From an uncultured Gammaproteobacteria bacterium (lineage in GTDB: Bacteria > Patescibacteriota > Microgenomatia > UBA8517), in assembly GCA_964583685.1 (NCBI GenBank), contig CAZOVJ010000002.1:111333-175332 (forward strand): a DNA stretch of 64,000 bases. Direction: 5' to 3'. Positions 19,140-30,657 of this stretch are shown one piece after another. Position 1 is the first letter of the stretch, and each line of letters opens with the position of its first letter. The notes below the pieces were generated by a model, which was given only the letters and a program-made list of their open reading frames with translations, ran no database searches and was not told the origin of the DNA. The position numbers and the translations under genes were made by a program.

Positions 19140-20338
19140 TAAGCAATAATTTTGGAAATAACTCCAGCACCAACAGTCTTACTACCTTCTCTAATAGCAA
19201 ATCTCAAACTTTCCTCTATGGCAACAGGCTGGATAAGCTTAATTTTTACTTTAGCATTATCACCGGGCATAACCATCTCAATCCCTTTAGGAAGAGTAAC
19301 TTCTCCGGTAACATCAGCTGTTCTTATATAAAATTGGGGTTTATATCCGCTGAAAAAGGGAGTATGACGACCTCCCTCTTCCTTTGCGAGAACATAAACT
19401 TCGCCCTCAAATACAGTATGGGGAGTAACTGTCCCTGATTTAGCCACAACCTGACCACGAACGACATCACCTTTGCCAACTCCCCGCAGCAAAACTCCGA
19501 CATTATCTCCTGCTTGAGTTTCATCCAGGGTTTTTCTAAACATTTCCAAACCAGTGACCACCGTTTTCTGAGTATCCTTGATACCAACAATCTCTACCTC
19601 TCCATTTAGCTTCAACTGTCCTCTTTCAACTCTGCCGGTAACCACAGTTCCTCTACCCTTAATTGAAAATACATCCTCAATGGGCATTAAAAACGGTTTT
19701 TCTGTTTCTCTTTTTGGTTGAGGAATATACTCATCAACCACCTTTATTAACTCTACTACCGCCTTTTCCGCTTCTGCATCACCCTTGTAAGCTTTAAGAG
19801 CACTACCTTTGATTATGGGAACTTTGTCTCCAGGATAATCATACTTCTTGAGAAGGTCGCGAACATCTTGCTCAACAATCTCCACAATTTCCGGATCATC
19901 AACCGTATCGGTCTTATTTAAGAAAACAACCAGGGCTGGAACGTTCACCTGGCGAGCCAAAATAACATGCTCGCGGGTCTGGGGCATCGGGCCGTCAGCC
20001 GCAGAAATAACCAAAATTGCCCCATCCATTTGAGCAGCACCGGTAATCATGTTTTTGATGTAATCAGCATGTCCTGGAGCATCAATGTGGGCGTAGTGGC
20101 GTTTTTCTGTCTCATACTCTATATGACTGATATTAATGGTTACACCTCGCTCTTTTTCTTCCGGTGCATTATCTATTTCATAGAAGTCAAAAGGTTTTGT
20201 TTTGTTGCCAGGCTGTTTGGCCAAAACCCGGGTAATGGCAGCCGTTAAAGTAGTTTTTCCGTGATCAACATGGCCAATAGTCCCAACATTAATGTGGGGC
20301 TTGGTTCTTTCAAATTTTTGTTTCTTTTCTGCTGCCAT
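19139..20338 (-). CDS. tuf: Elongation factor Tu
   Basis: [33 protein letters not shown]. Confidence 0.99.
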   Translation of the reverse strand: MAAEKKQKFERTKPHINVGTIGHVDHGKTTLTAAITRVLAKQPGNKTKPFDFYEIDNAPEEKERGVTINISHIEYETEKRHYAHIDAPGHADYIKNMITGAAQMDGAILVISAADGPMPQTREHVILARQVNVPALVVFLNKTDTVDDPEIVEIVEQDVRDLLKKYDYPGDKVPIIKGSALKAYKGDAEAEKAVVELIKVVDEYIPQPKRETEKPFLMPIEDVFSIKGRGTVVTGRVERGQLKLNGEVEIVGIKDTQKTVVTGLEMFRKTLDETQAGDNVGVLLRGVGKGDVVRGQVVAKSGTVTPHTVFEGEVYVLAKEEGGRHTPFFSGYKPQFYIRTADVTGEVTLPKGIEMVMPGDNAKVKIKLIQPVAIEESLRFAIREGSKTVGAGVISKIIA

Positions 20339-20413
20339 CCTTACCTTTATATTTTAGCACTTCATCTCTGGAAGAACAAATTAAACAGGGCCCAAGCCCT
20401 GCAACTAGGCGCT

Positions 20414-20443
20414 ATTATAATCAGAATTTAAGCAAACTGTCAA
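20414..20443 (-). promoter_or_regulatory. Internal promoter upstream of tuf overlapping the fusA stop
   Basis: TTGACA-N18-TATAAT. Confidence 0.55.
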
Positions 20444-22611
20444 GCATTAGCAGACTTAACCTTAGTCTTTTTAGCAATTAAGGTCTCGGTAATATTTTTG
20501 GGAACTTCTTCATAGCGAGAAGGCTCCATATAAAAGCTTGCCCTCCCCTTTGAAAGAGAACGAAGACCGGTTGCATAACCTCTAAACTCCGCTAAGGGCC
20601 CAAGGGCATTAATAATAACCACATTCTCCCTTGTTTCTGTTCCCTGGATACGGGCGCGGCGAGAGGAAAGATCACCGATAACATCCCCCATATATTCTTT
20701 TGGGGTGGAAACTTCAAGTTTCATAACCGGTTCCAGTAAAGTTAAATCAGCCTTTTTAACAGCTGTCTCTAGGGCCAGAGAGCCGGCAATTTTAAAAGCA
20801 ATTTCTGAAGAATCAACTTCATGGAAACTACCGTCATAGACAACAACCTTCATGTCCACCATCGGATATCCGGCCAGGACTCCTTTCTCCATTTTTCCTA
20901 TAACACCCTTTTTTATTGCCGGAATAAACTCTGAGGGAATGGCCGCTCCTTTTATTTCAGACTCAAACTTAAAACCTTCTCCTCGAGGCAAAGGCTCAGC
21001 TCTTAAAAAACAATGGCCATATTGGCCTCTACCACCAGTTTGCCTGATATACTTACCCTCAGCTGTTGTTATTCTCTTAATAGTTTCTTTATAGGCCACC
21101 TGGGGAGTGCCTGTTCGGGCTACCACGTCAAACTCTCTTTTCATCCTATCAACAAGAATCTCAAGCTGAAGCTCTCCCATGCCGGAAATAATCGTCTGGC
21201 CAGTTTCCATGTCGGCTTTAATCTTGAAAGTGGGATCTTCATCCGATAATTTCCTCAAGGCAGTTCCCATCTTCTCTTGATCTTGTCTGGTGGCTGGTTC
21301 AATGGCCAGAGAAATAACCGGCTCAGGGAACGAAATAGATTCAAAGAGAACCGGATGTCCAGGATCACAAAGTGTATCTCCTGTTGTCGTTTCCTTAACC
21401 CCTACCACCGCGACAATCTCTCCTGCATAGGCTTCGTTAATTAATTCCCTTTGATTGGCATGGGGAAGGACAAGTTTGCCTATCCTCTCTTGTTTTCTTT
21501 TAGTAGCATTCAAAATACTCTGACGAGCTAGAATCTTGCCCGAATAGATTCTTAGATAAACCAATCTGCCTACATGGGGGTCTGTAACGACCTTAAAGGC
21601 CAAGGCTGAAAATGGAGCATCAATTTTTGCCTCCCTTATCTCTTTTGCTCCTGTTTGGGGATTTTCTGCCTTAACAGGAGGTAGGTCCAGAGGAGAAGGT
21701 AAAAATTCTATTATGGCATCTAAAAGAAGTTGAACCGTTGCTGTTCTATTATCCGCACCCAAAATTGGAAAAAATTTACCGGAAATAACACCCTTTCTAA
21801 TCGCCTTCTTTAACTCCGTTACATTTATCTCTTTGCCCTCAAGATATTTTGTTAAGGCAAGGTCATCATATTCGGCCACCCTCTCAAATAATTCTTGACG
21901 GTATCTTTTGGCCTTTTTAATTAATGCCCGTGGCATTTCTCCCTCTTTAAGTTTGTTGTCCTCGAGTCCTTTATAGGTATAGGCTTTCATGCGAACAATA
22001 TCAATCACTCCATGGAGATTATGTTCTAATCCCAAAGGAATCTGGATTGGAGCCGCATTTGCTCCCAAGCGTTCTCTAATAGAAGTAATACTTCTCTCAA
22101 AATCAGCCCCAATCAAATTTAGCTTATTTAAAATACAAATACGAGGAACCGCATAGCGATTTGCCTGTCTCCAAACAGTCTCTGATTGACTTTCAACTCC
22201 GGTACGGCCATCAAAAACCATGACCGCACCATCTAAAACCCGCAAGGATCTTTCAACCTCTGCTGTAAAATCAATATGTCCTGGAGTATCAATAATATTA
22301 ATCCTATAATGTCCTTTGTCAACACTAGTACTTTTCTTCAGATCCCAAAAAGTAGTAATTGCCGCAGACACGATAGTGATACCGCGTTCCCTTTCTTGCT
22401 CCATCCAGTCAGTAACAGTAGTTCCTTCATCAACAGAACCACGCCGATAAGTTTTTCCGGTCTCAAAAAGCATACGCTCCGTGGTTGTAGTTTTCCCTGC
22501 ATCAATGTGGGCAATAATACCGATATTTCGGATTTTATCCAATGGAACATCACGGTCCTTGGTAACCGTCACCACCATTGCTGATTTTTTCTTTGTTTGT
22601 TGTCCTGGCAT
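20440..22611 (-). CDS. fusA: Elongation factor G (atypical G4/G5 motifs)
   Basis: AHIDAGKTT, ERGITI, DTPGH, GMGELQL, FHEVDSSE; position rpsG-fusA-tuf; start uncertain (22578-22638). Confidence 0.98.
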   Translation of the reverse strand: MPGQQTKKKSAMVVTVTKDRDVPLDKIRNIGIIAHIDAGKTTTTERMLFETGKTYRRGSVDEGTTVTDWMEQERERGITIVSAAITTFWDLKKSTSVDKGHYRINIIDTPGHIDFTAEVERSLRVLDGAVMVFDGRTGVESQSETVWRQANRYAVPRICILNKLNLIGADFERSITSIRERLGANAAPIQIPLGLEHNLHGVIDIVRMKAYTYKGLEDNKLKEGEMPRALIKKAKRYRQELFERVAEYDDLALTKYLEGKEINVTELKKAIRKGVISGKFFPILGADNRTATVQLLLDAIIEFLPSPLDLPPVKAENPQTGAKEIREAKIDAPFSALAFKVVTDPHVGRLVYLRIYSGKILARQSILNATKRKQERIGKLVLPHANQRELINEAYAGEIVAVVGVKETTTGDTLCDPGHPVLFESISFPEPVISLAIEPATRQDQEKMGTALRKLSDEDPTFKIKADMETGQTIISGMGELQLEILVDRMKREFDVVARTGTPQVAYKETIKRITTAEGKYIRQTGGRGQYGHCFLRAEPLPRGEGFKFESEIKGAAIPSEFIPAIKKGVIGKMEKGVLAGYPMVDMKVVVYDGSFHEVDSSEIAFKIAGSLALETAVKKADLTLLEPVMKLEVSTPKEYMGDVIGDLSSRRARIQGTETRENVVIINALGPLAEFRGYATGLRSLSKGRASFYMEPSRYEEVPKNITETLIAKKTKVKSANA

Positions 22612-22631
22612 ACGAGCTATACTATGAATAT

Positions 22632-23111
22632 CTACCAACGGAAGTGGGCGAAGGCGCGATTGGCCTCGGCCATACGCTCAACATCTTGTCGCTTTTTAAC
22701 CGCTCCACCTTCACCTTTGGCAGCATCAACAATTTCAGCTGCCAATTTCTCAGCATAGGTATGATATTCAGAATTGGAACGGCTTCGGGCAGCCTGGATT
22801 AGCCAACGAATTGCCAGAGATTCCCTCCTTGGGCCCCTTACACTCATAGGAATCTGATAAGCTGCACCCCCCACCCTTCTTGGTCTTACTTCCATGCTCG
22901 GTTTGATATTGGAAAGTGCTTGGGAAAAAATTTTAACAGGGTCATCTTTTGTTCTTTTCATTATTAGCTCAAACGCGCTATAGACCTGCTTTTGAGACAC
23001 ACTTTTCTTGCCATCACGCATGCTTCTGTTAATCAACTTGGCAACAAGTATATTTTTGTAAATCGAATCTGGCTGAAGCTTTCTTGGTTTTACTTGTCCT
23101 TTTCTAGTCAT
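22632..23111 (-). CDS. rpsG: 30S ribosomal protein S7
   Basis: RRVGGAAYQIP, MAEANRAFAHFRW. Confidence 0.98.
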   Translation of the reverse strand: MTRKGQVKPRKLQPDSIYKNILVAKLINRSMRDGKKSVSQKQVYSAFELIMKRTKDDPVKIFSQALSNIKPSMEVRPRRVGGAAYQIPMSVRGPRRESLAIRWLIQAARSRSNSEYHTYAEKLAAEIVDAAKGEGGAVKKRQDVERMAEANRAFAHFRW

Positions 23112-23114
23112 CTT

Positions 23115-23573
23115 TTATTCCTCTTTACTAGCACCAGTGGTTGAGACTTCTGCAACTCCAACCTCACCTGTCTTTTTGGTTCCATAACGACTTCGAGATG
23201 TCTTTCTGCCAACCACCCCTGTTGTCCCATATTTACCACGAACCACTTGGTATCTTACCCCAGGTAAATCTTTTACCCTACCTGCTCGAACCAAGATTAT
23301 TGAGTGCTCAGCTAACTCATGTCCCTCGCCAGGAATATAGGCAGTAATCTCCTGCTTATTGGAAAGCCTAACTCGAGCTACTTTCCTCAAGGCAGAATTT
23401 GGTTTTTTGGGCGTCATTGTCCGAACCGCCAAAACAACCCCTCTTTTAAAAGGAGCGGGTAAGTCTCTAAATTTTCTGTCTTTTGCGTTAAACCAACGTT
23501 TTAAAGCCGCACTACGGGTCTTTTTGATTATTCTCTTTCTACCTTTTCTGACAAGTTGTGATGTTGTTGGCAT
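23115..23573 (-). CDS. rpsL: 30S ribosomal protein S12
   Basis: [27 protein letters not shown]; extra C-terminal tail. Confidence 0.98.
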   Translation of the reverse strand: MPTTSQLVRKGRKRIIKKTRSAALKRWFNAKDRKFRDLPAPFKRGVVLAVRTMTPKKPNSALRKVARVRLSNKQEITAYIPGEGHELAEHSIILVRAGRVKDLPGVRYQVVRGKYGTTGVVGRKTSRSRYGTKKTGEVGVAEVSTTGASKEE

Positions 23574-23575
23574 AA

Positions 23576-26500
23576 TTAAGTCACTGGAATTAACCTACCG
23601 ATGATAACATTTTCTTTTAATCCTCGCAGGTAATCTCTTTTCCCAAATAAGGCTGCTTTGGTCAAAACGTTTGTTGTCTGCTCAAAGGAAGCAGCTGATA
23701 ACCAACTTTCGGTAAATAGTGAGCGCCGGGTAATACCCAATATTTCCTGTCTGGCACTGGCCGGCTCTCCTCCCGCTGCCAAAACCGCCTCATTTTCTTC
23801 TTCAAATTTTGCTTTTTCCACCAATTCACCGGGGAGTAAAGAAGTATCCCCGGCGGTCATAATCTTTACCTCATCACCCATTTTTCTGATAATTACCTCA
23901 AAATGCCGGTCATTGATAGGAATTCCCTGAGATTCATAGACTTCTTGCAAATGATTAACTAAATATTCCTGCGCTTTCCTCAACCCCCGAACCGCCAAGA
24001 TCTCCTTTATGTCCAGAGAGCCAGAAGCAAGCTGAGTCCCAACATCGACAAGTTGCCCTTTGGTCACCCTCAGTTCATTCGCCTTGGGAATTAAATATTC
24101 TCTTTCTTCTTTGGGTTTTGTCTGGACGCTGACCACTTTAACTTTCCAACCGGCTTCCGTCTCAGAAATCTCCACCTTCCCGGCTATCTCCGATAATGGT
24201 GAAAGGATCTTGGGAGTTCTGGTCTCAAACAACTCTTCAACTCGAGGAAGACCCTGGGTAACATCAACACCAACAACTCCTCCAGAATGTTTTGTTTTTA
24301 GAGTAAGTTGGGTTCCCGGTTCACCAATCGACTGAGCGGCAACGACCCCGACTGGAACACCAATTTTAACTATCTCCTTATTCGAAAGGTCCCAGCCATA
24401 GCACTGAGCACAAACCCCATATCGAGTTGAACAAGTCAGGGGTGAACGAACCATAACCGCATCTATCTTTGCTTTATTAATCTCTTCAGTCTTTTGTTCA
24501 TCAATAATTTTTCCTTTCTTGAGTATAACTTTTCCTTTAGAAGTTTTGATGTCCTCGCTAGCGATTCTTCCCACTATCCTATTGTCAAAAAATTCTGGAC
24601 GAACAGATCTTCTAATAACCAAACCTTCAGTCGTACCACAATCCTCTTCCCTGACAAGAACATCATGGGCAACATCAACCAATCTTCGAGTAAGATAACC
24701 GGCATCAGCCGTCTTAATGGCTGTATCGGTCAAGCCCTTCCTTGAGCCCCGGCTGGAAGCAACATACTCAAAAACCGACAGTCCTTCTCTAAAATTACCC
24801 TTAATAGGAAGTTCAACGATTTTACCCAGGGGGTCAACAACCAATCCCCTCATTCCAGCCAACTGCTTAATCTGGTTACGTGAGGTTCGGCCAACCTTGG
24901 CATCAATTACCATTCTGATTGAGCCTTCTGTGTCTATTACTTCCCAGGTTTTGTCGGCAATTTCTTCCGTAGTCTCTATCCATATCTCCTGGATTAACCG
25001 TTTCTTCTCCTCGTTGGTAATTAAACCTTGACTAAAATTATTCTCAATGCCGGCAATCTTCTTATCAGCCTGTCTTATCAATTTACCTTTCTCGGGTAAA
25101 AGAGTGGCGTCTGAAATGCCAAAAGAAAGACCGGATATTGTTCCTCCCTTGAGTCCCAAATCCTTAATATTATCAATCAGCTTTATCGTCTCTGTGTGTT
25201 TGAGCTGAAAGAAAGCTTTATTCATCAAATCCTTGATGACCGATGAATCGGCAGCCTGGTTTATGAAATTGAAACCAGGAGGTAAAACCTTATTTAAAAG
25301 TAGCCGGCCAGTGGTTGTTTCAACTGTCTTTAAAGCCAGCCTTATGTTTATCTTTTGCCTTAGTTCAATAACCCCCATTTGATAAGCGGAGATTGCCTCA
25401 TCAACATCACTAAAAACCGTCTCGCAGGGCTTAATTCGTGAATCCTCGCTGGTTAAGTAGTAAACTCCCAAAGCTATTTCTTTCTTTGCAGGAGCAGCAA
25501 TCGGTGATCCATCAGCTGGTCGGAGCAAGTTCTTATCAGATAACATCAAATCTATTGCTTCTTTGACTGCTTTTTTTGAAAGGGGAATATGAACTGCCAT
25601 CTGGTCTCCATCAAAATCAGCATTAAAACCAGCACAGATTGCCGGATGAATTCTAATCGCCTTCCCTTCAATTAATACAGGATAGAAAGCCTGAATCCCC
25701 AGCTTATGAAGAGTTGGGGCCCGATTTAAAAGAACAGGATGATTTTTGGTAATCTCTTCTAGAATATCAAAAACCTCTGCTGGTTTTTGATCAAGCATAT
25801 TTTTAGCACTCCGCACATTGGGAGCGATTTCCCGAATAATCATCTCATGAAGAACAAAAGGCTTAAACATCTCCAAAGCCATCTCTTTTGGAAGTCCGCA
25901 CTGATTAAGCTTAAGCTCGGGCCCAACAACAATAACTGAACGTCCAGAATAGTCAACCCTTTTACCAAGAAGATTTTGCCTAAATCTTCCCTTTTTCCCC
26001 TTAAGCATATCTGAGAGAGACCTTAAAACCTGTCTTCCTCGTCCTCTTCGGGTAGCTTTACGCTGGGAAGCGTCAATCATAGAATCAACCGACTCCTGAA
26101 GCATCCTCTTTTCGTTGCGTAAAATAATGTCGGGTGCACCGAGCACTATTAAATGTTTAAGTCTATTATTGCGATTAATAACTCTTCTATAAAGATCATT
26201 TAAATCACTAGCAGCAAAGCGTCCACCAGACAGTTGAACCATTGGCCGTAAATCCGGAGGCAGGACAGGCAGAACCCTGAGTACTGCCCAGCTTGGGTCA
26301 ATTTTGGCATCTCGCAAAGCATCTATTAGTTTCAATCTCTTGGCTAGCTTTATGTATCGTTCACCCCGACCTTTTAGCTCTTCCAGTTCTTTTTTTATCT
26401 CTAGAGACAGCTTCTTTAAGTTAAGACTTTCCAAAGCTGAAAGAACTGCTTCAGCACCTGTCTTGACTTCGAGAAAAGCGGTCGCATCATAAAAAGCAAG

Positions 26501-29500
26501 TTTGTCGTATTCATCTTCAGACAAGAATCCAAGTGCTTGTATTCCCCTAACCAAACTAACAAGCTTAGAGAAAAGTTCTCCCATGTTTTCAAGCATTGTC
26601 TGTTCCTCTTCGGATAAGGTTGCTTTCTTTTTGCGAACCTCAAGGCCAATTTCAGAAATCGCCAGAGCCAATTGTTCTTTATCTTTAATTTTTACTCTTA
26701 CACTTTCTTTTTTCTCCTTAACTTCTTTCTTAATCAAGTTCTTTTTCTCTTTAAAAATTTCCTTTATCTCTTTAGTCTTCTCTAGCCTTACTTTCTCTAA
26801 TTTTTTAATCGCTTCTTTCTTTTGTTTCTCGTTGACCGAAATTACCAAATATTTTGCATAGTAGATTACCTGATCAAGAGCACGCGGGGGAAGGTCTAAA
26901 AGAAGAGATATCCTTGAAGGAGCTCCCTTGAAAAACCAAACATGAACCACTGGAGCAGCAAGATTGATATGGCCCATCCGTTCACGCCTAACCCTCGATT
27001 CGGTCACCTCAACCCCGCACTTATCGCAAATAACCCCTTTATATCTTATTCTTTTATATTTCCCACAATAACATTCATAATCCTTAGTCGGTCCAAAAAT
27101 TCTTTCGTCAAAAAGACCATCCTTTTCTGGTTTCAAAGTTCTATAATTAATTGTTTCTGGCTTTGTTACTTCACCTTTTGACCAAGCGCGAATTTCATCC
27201 GGCGAAGCTAATTTCAGCCGTAAGCTTTTAAAATCTGTTAAATCTCTTAATCGAAGAAGTGCATCTTTATCTCCTTCCTTCCCAAGCTCAACCGCTAAAC
27301 AGAGAGAGTTCAACTCTCTTATGAGAACCCTAAAGCTCTCGGGAACCTTGGCATCAGGAATATCTTCACCTTTAACAATTGCCCTAAAAGCTTGAGCCCG
27401 TCCGATGATATCGTCGGATTTTATGGTTAACATTTCCTGTAAAATATTGGCTGCTCGATGAGCCTCTAGTGCCCAAACCTCCATCTCTCCCAGTCTCTGT
27501 CCTCCCATTTGTGCTTTTCCGCCCAGAGGTTGTTGAGTAACCAGGGAATAAGGGCCAGTTGAGCGAGCATGGGCTTTATCCTCAACCATGTGTTTCAATT
27601 TCAAAATATAACCAATTCCGACAACCGTATCTTCCTTAAATGCCTCTCCTGTTTTCCCATTAAAAAGCCTTGTTTTGCCGTTTACAGGCAGGCCTGCACT
27701 TTTTAATTCTTTGACAATTACATCTTCGCCGATTTCATCGAAAACCGGTACCGCCCCTTTTTCTCCTTTATGCTCAAGTGCCCAGCCCAAATGACACTCC
27801 AGTAACTGTCCCAAGTTCATTCGAGCTAAGACAGAAAGAGGAGAAATAATGATATCAACCGGAGTCCCATCATCCAGATAAGGCATATCTCCGATGGGTA
27901 TAATTTTGGCAATAACCCCTTTATTGCCATGGCGGCCTGAGAGCTTGTCGCCAACAGTAATCTTTCTCAGTTGGGCAATCTTGACAATCACGCTCTTTAT
28001 TACTCCAGGCCCTAATTCATCTCCTTTTTCTTTGTCTAAAATCATCACCTCAACAACTGTCCCTCCCTCTCCATGAGGAACTCTAAGTGAGGTATCTTTT
28101 ATCTCCCTTGCTTTCTCTCCAAAAATAGCCCTAAGAAGCCTCTCTTCCGAGGTTAACTCTGTTTCACCTTTGGGAGCTATCTTACCAATCAAGATATCTC
28201 TCGGTCCAACTTCAGCTCCGACAATAACAATTCCGTCTTCAGCCAAATTTGCCAGCTCTGTTTCAGCAATATTCGGTATATCACGGGTTAATTCTTCTGG
28301 CCCGAGTTTAGTTTCAACAATCTCTACCTTATACTCTTTAATCTGAATTGAAGTAAGAATGTCTTCCCTAACCAATCTTTCAGAAATTAGAATTGAATCT
28401 TCAAAACCATATCCCTCAAAAGAGCAATAAGCAATCACTAAATTTTGACCCAAAGCTAATTCTCCATCCTCGCAAGCAGGACCATCTGCCAAAAGATCTC
28501 CTTTTTTAACCCTCTGGCCTGTTAATACCCTGGGTTTTTGATTGTAACAAGTAGATTGACTACTCCTTTTAAACTTATCCAGATGATAAATAGCTTTCCT
28601 CCCCTTGTCGCTTATTTCAAGATTATCTAGCCTCTTTTCATCAGTCTTTTTATCAAGTTTTATTTCAATCCTCTGGGCATCCACATATCCAACCTTCCCC
28701 TGATAGCCGCTTCTGATCACCCGACCCATAGCACTAGCTATCATCTTTTCCATCCCTGTTCCGACAATCGGTGCGGATTGTTTAAGCAAGGGAACAGCCT
28801 GGCATTGCATATTTGCTCCCATCAAGGCCCTATTCCCTTCATCATGGGCTAAAAATGGTATCAGCGAGGCGGAGGTACCAAAGACCTGGCGAGGAGTGAT
28901 ATCAATCAAATCTACTAAATCTACCGCTCCTTCTGTAAAGATTCCCTGATGCCTAAAAGCTACTCTCTCATCAATAATAAAACCATATCTATCAATATTC
29001 ACTCCCAGGTGGGTTATGTGGTAGTCTTCCTCATCATCAGCCGCCAAATAAATAATTTCATCACTAATCTTGACCTTTGTCTTACCATTTCTTTTAATCT
29101 TCTTAACTACCCTATAAGGAGCTTCCAAAAATCCATACTCATTAATCCTTGCATAAAGAGCAAGATAGGTAACCAGGCCAATATTCGGCCCTTCTGGAGA
29201 ACGCACTGGGTCAATCCTCCCATACTGAGAGGAATTGACATCCCGGATAGAAAAAGAAGCCCTTTCTCGACTGATTCCTCCTGGTCCTAAAACAGAAATA
29301 CGTCTCAAATTATCTACTTCTGAGAGGGGATTCGTATTATCCAAAATTGTTGATAGTTGATTTGATCGGAAAAATTCATTAAAGGAAACAATCAAAGGCC
29401 GGGCATTGATCAGATTTGAGGGTAGTGGTCGGTCATCAGGTGAAATCAAACTCATCTTTTCTTTAACAGAACGTTCAAGTCTCAACAGCCCAACCCTGAA

Positions 29501-30508
29501 GGCATGGGTTGCAACCAATTCTCCGACCCGTCTAAGACGGCGGTTAGCCAGGTGATCTATGTCATCGACTTTCCCTTGACCATTTTGCAGAGAAATCAAG
29601 TAGGATAAGGTGGCGACAATATCTTGTTTTGTTAAAACTCCACTTGACTCATCATTAAGAAGACCCATCTTCAATCTTTTATTTATCTTGTATCGTCCCA
29701 CTCTTCCCAAGTCGTATCTTCTTGGATCAAAAAAAAGAGTATTAACTAGATTTTCTGCATTTTCTAAAACAGCCGGCTCTCCTGGTCTCATCTTTCTATA
29801 AAATTCAAGAAACGCCTCCTCGCGCGTCTTGGTTAAATCCTTTTCTATTGTGCTGGCTATATATCGGTGGCTATTATCTATATCAGCATCGGAGAAAAGT
29901 CTCAAAATCTGGATATCTGAGGCAACCCCCATTATCCTCAAAAATGTCACCGCATTCATTTTTCTTCTTTTGTCTATCCGAACAGCAATAATGTCCTTTC
30001 TATTCACCTCAAACTCAATCCAAGAACCATGTAGGGGTCTTATCTCCGCCTTATAAAGCATTCTGCCGGAAGAAGGATCTAAATCACCTGAAAAATAAAC
30101 TCCAGGGGACCTTACCAGCTGATTGATAACGGCTCTTTCAACTCCCTTGACAACAAATGTTCCTGAAGAGGTCATCTGGGGAATGTTCCCCAGAAAAACT
30201 TCCTGGCTAACCTTCTTGCCCGTCTTTTTATTGATTAAGGTTGCTTTTATCTTGAAGGAAGAAGAAAAGGTCAAACCTTTTTCTCTAGCTGTATCCGGAG
30301 TAATCTGGGGAGGCTCCAGCTTAGGCTCAATCAATTCCAGCTGCCAATTCTTCCCTGTAAAATCCTCAATTGGTAAAATCTTGACCAGCTCTTGCTTGAT
30401 TCCCTTTTCTAAAAACCACTGCCAAGACTCTCTTTGAACTAGAATAAGGTCTAATGGGGGCAGTTTTTTCTCTGTTTTTCCGAAATTGCGTCTTTTAGGT
30501 TGGGCCAT
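23576..30508 (-). CDS. rpoBC: Fused RNA polymerase beta-beta' subunit
   Basis: One 2310-aa ORF containing beta motifs ([26 protein letters not shown]) then beta' motifs ([29 protein letters not shown]). Confidence 0.97.
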   Translation of the reverse strand: MAQPKRRNFGKTEKKLPPLDLILVQRESWQWFLEKGIKQELVKILPIEDFTGKNWQLELIEPKLEPPQITPDTAREKGLTFSSSFKIKATLINKKTGKKVSQEVFLGNIPQMTSSGTFVVKGVERAVINQLVRSPGVYFSGDLDPSSGRMLYKAEIRPLHGSWIEFEVNRKDIIAVRIDKRRKMNAVTFLRIMGVASDIQILRLFSDADIDNSHRYIASTIEKDLTKTREEAFLEFYRKMRPGEPAVLENAENLVNTLFFDPRRYDLGRVGRYKINKRLKMGLLNDESSGVLTKQDIVATLSYLISLQNGQGKVDDIDHLANRRLRRVGELVATHAFRVGLLRLERSVKEKMSLISPDDRPLPSNLINARPLIVSFNEFFRSNQLSTILDNTNPLSEVDNLRRISVLGPGGISRERASFSIRDVNSSQYGRIDPVRSPEGPNIGLVTYLALYARINEYGFLEAPYRVVKKIKRNGKTKVKISDEIIYLAADDEEDYHITHLGVNIDRYGFIIDERVAFRHQGIFTEGAVDLVDLIDITPRQVFGTSASLIPFLAHDEGNRALMGANMQCQAVPLLKQSAPIVGTGMEKMIASAMGRVIRSGYQGKVGYVDAQRIEIKLDKKTDEKRLDNLEISDKGRKAIYHLDKFKRSSQSTCYNQKPRVLTGQRVKKGDLLADGPACEDGELALGQNLVIAYCSFEGYGFEDSILISERLVREDILTSIQIKEYKVEIVETKLGPEELTRDIPNIAETELANLAEDGIVIVGAEVGPRDILIGKIAPKGETELTSEERLLRAIFGEKAREIKDTSLRVPHGEGGTVVEVMILDKEKGDELGPGVIKSVIVKIAQLRKITVGDKLSGRHGNKGVIAKIIPIGDMPYLDDGTPVDIIISPLSVLARMNLGQLLECHLGWALEHKGEKGAVPVFDEIGEDVIVKELKSAGLPVNGKTRLFNGKTGEAFKEDTVVGIGYILKLKHMVEDKAHARSTGPYSLVTQQPLGGKAQMGGQRLGEMEVWALEAHRAANILQEMLTIKSDDIIGRAQAFRAIVKGEDIPDAKVPESFRVLIRELNSLCLAVELGKEGDKDALLRLRDLTDFKSLRLKLASPDEIRAWSKGEVTKPETINYRTLKPEKDGLFDERIFGPTKDYECYCGKYKRIRYKGVICDKCGVEVTESRVRRERMGHINLAAPVVHVWFFKGAPSRISLLLDLPPRALDQVIYYAKYLVISVNEKQKKEAIKKLEKVRLEKTKEIKEIFKEKKNLIKKEVKEKKESVRVKIKDKEQLALAISEIGLEVRKKKATLSEEEQTMLENMGELFSKLVSLVRGIQALGFLSEDEYDKLAFYDATAFLEVKTGAEAVLSALESLNLKKLSLEIKKELEELKGRGERYIKLAKRLKLIDALRDAKIDPSWAVLRVLPVLPPDLRPMVQLSGGRFAASDLNDLYRRVINRNNRLKHLIVLGAPDIILRNEKRMLQESVDSMIDASQRKATRRGRGRQVLRSLSDMLKGKKGRFRQNLLGKRVDYSGRSVIVVGPELKLNQCGLPKEMALEMFKPFVLHEMIIREIAPNVRSAKNMLDQKPAEVFDILEEITKNHPVLLNRAPTLHKLGIQAFYPVLIEGKAIRIHPAICAGFNADFDGDQMAVHIPLSKKAVKEAIDLMLSDKNLLRPADGSPIAAPAKKEIALGVYYLTSEDSRIKPCETVFSDVDEAISAYQMGVIELRQKINIRLALKTVETTTGRLLLNKVLPPGFNFINQAADSSVIKDLMNKAFFQLKHTETIKLIDNIKDLGLKGGTISGLSFGISDATLLPEKGKLIRQADKKIAGIENNFSQGLITNEEKKRLIQEIWIETTEEIADKTWEVIDTEGSIRMVIDAKVGRTSRNQIKQLAGMRGLVVDPLGKIVELPIKGNFREGLSVFEYVASSRGSRKGLTDTAIKTADAGYLTRRLVDVAHDVLVREEDCGTTEGLVIRRSVRPEFFDNRIVGRIASEDIKTSKGKVILKKGKIIDEQKTEEINKAKIDAVMVRSPLTCSTRYGVCAQCYGWDLSNKEIVKIGVPVGVVAAQSIGEPGTQLTLKTKHSGGVVGVDVTQGLPRVEELFETRTPKILSPLSEIAGKVEISETEAGWKVKVVSVQTKPKEEREYLIPKANELRVTKGQLVDVGTQLASGSLDIKEILAVRGLRKAQEYLVNHLQEVYESQGIPINDRHFEVIIRKMGDEVKIMTAGDTSLLPGELVEKAKFEEENEAVLAAGGEPASARQEILGITRRSLFTESWLSAASFEQTTNVLTKAALFGKRDYLRGLKENVIIGRLIPVT

Positions 30509-30578
30509 GAGCGATTTCTAAGGATGCAAAATTCCCGCATTGTACGCGGGAGAAGCGTACTGGGTACGCCTGCTATGG

Positions 30579-30606
30579 ATTATACACAAATAAAATCAGC
30601 TGTCAA
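30579..30606 (-). promoter_or_regulatory. Promoter of the rpoBC-str cluster
   Basis: TTGACA-N16-TATAAT about 70 nt upstream of the ATG. Confidence 0.7.
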
Positions 30607-30657
30607 GCCTCCATCCCTTACAAGTTCGTTGTGCACGTGCATCGCAAACTTGTCACG

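Noticed and set aside
20351-20362. TTAGCACTT resembling a CIRCE arm upstream of tuf
   Set aside because: No second arm at 9-bp spacing; better read as an extended -10 on the minus strand
30620-30653. Inverted repeat ACAAGTT..TGCACGTGCA..AACTTGT after mltG
   Set aside because: Plausible terminator but it has no U-tract and an irregular stem; too weak to call
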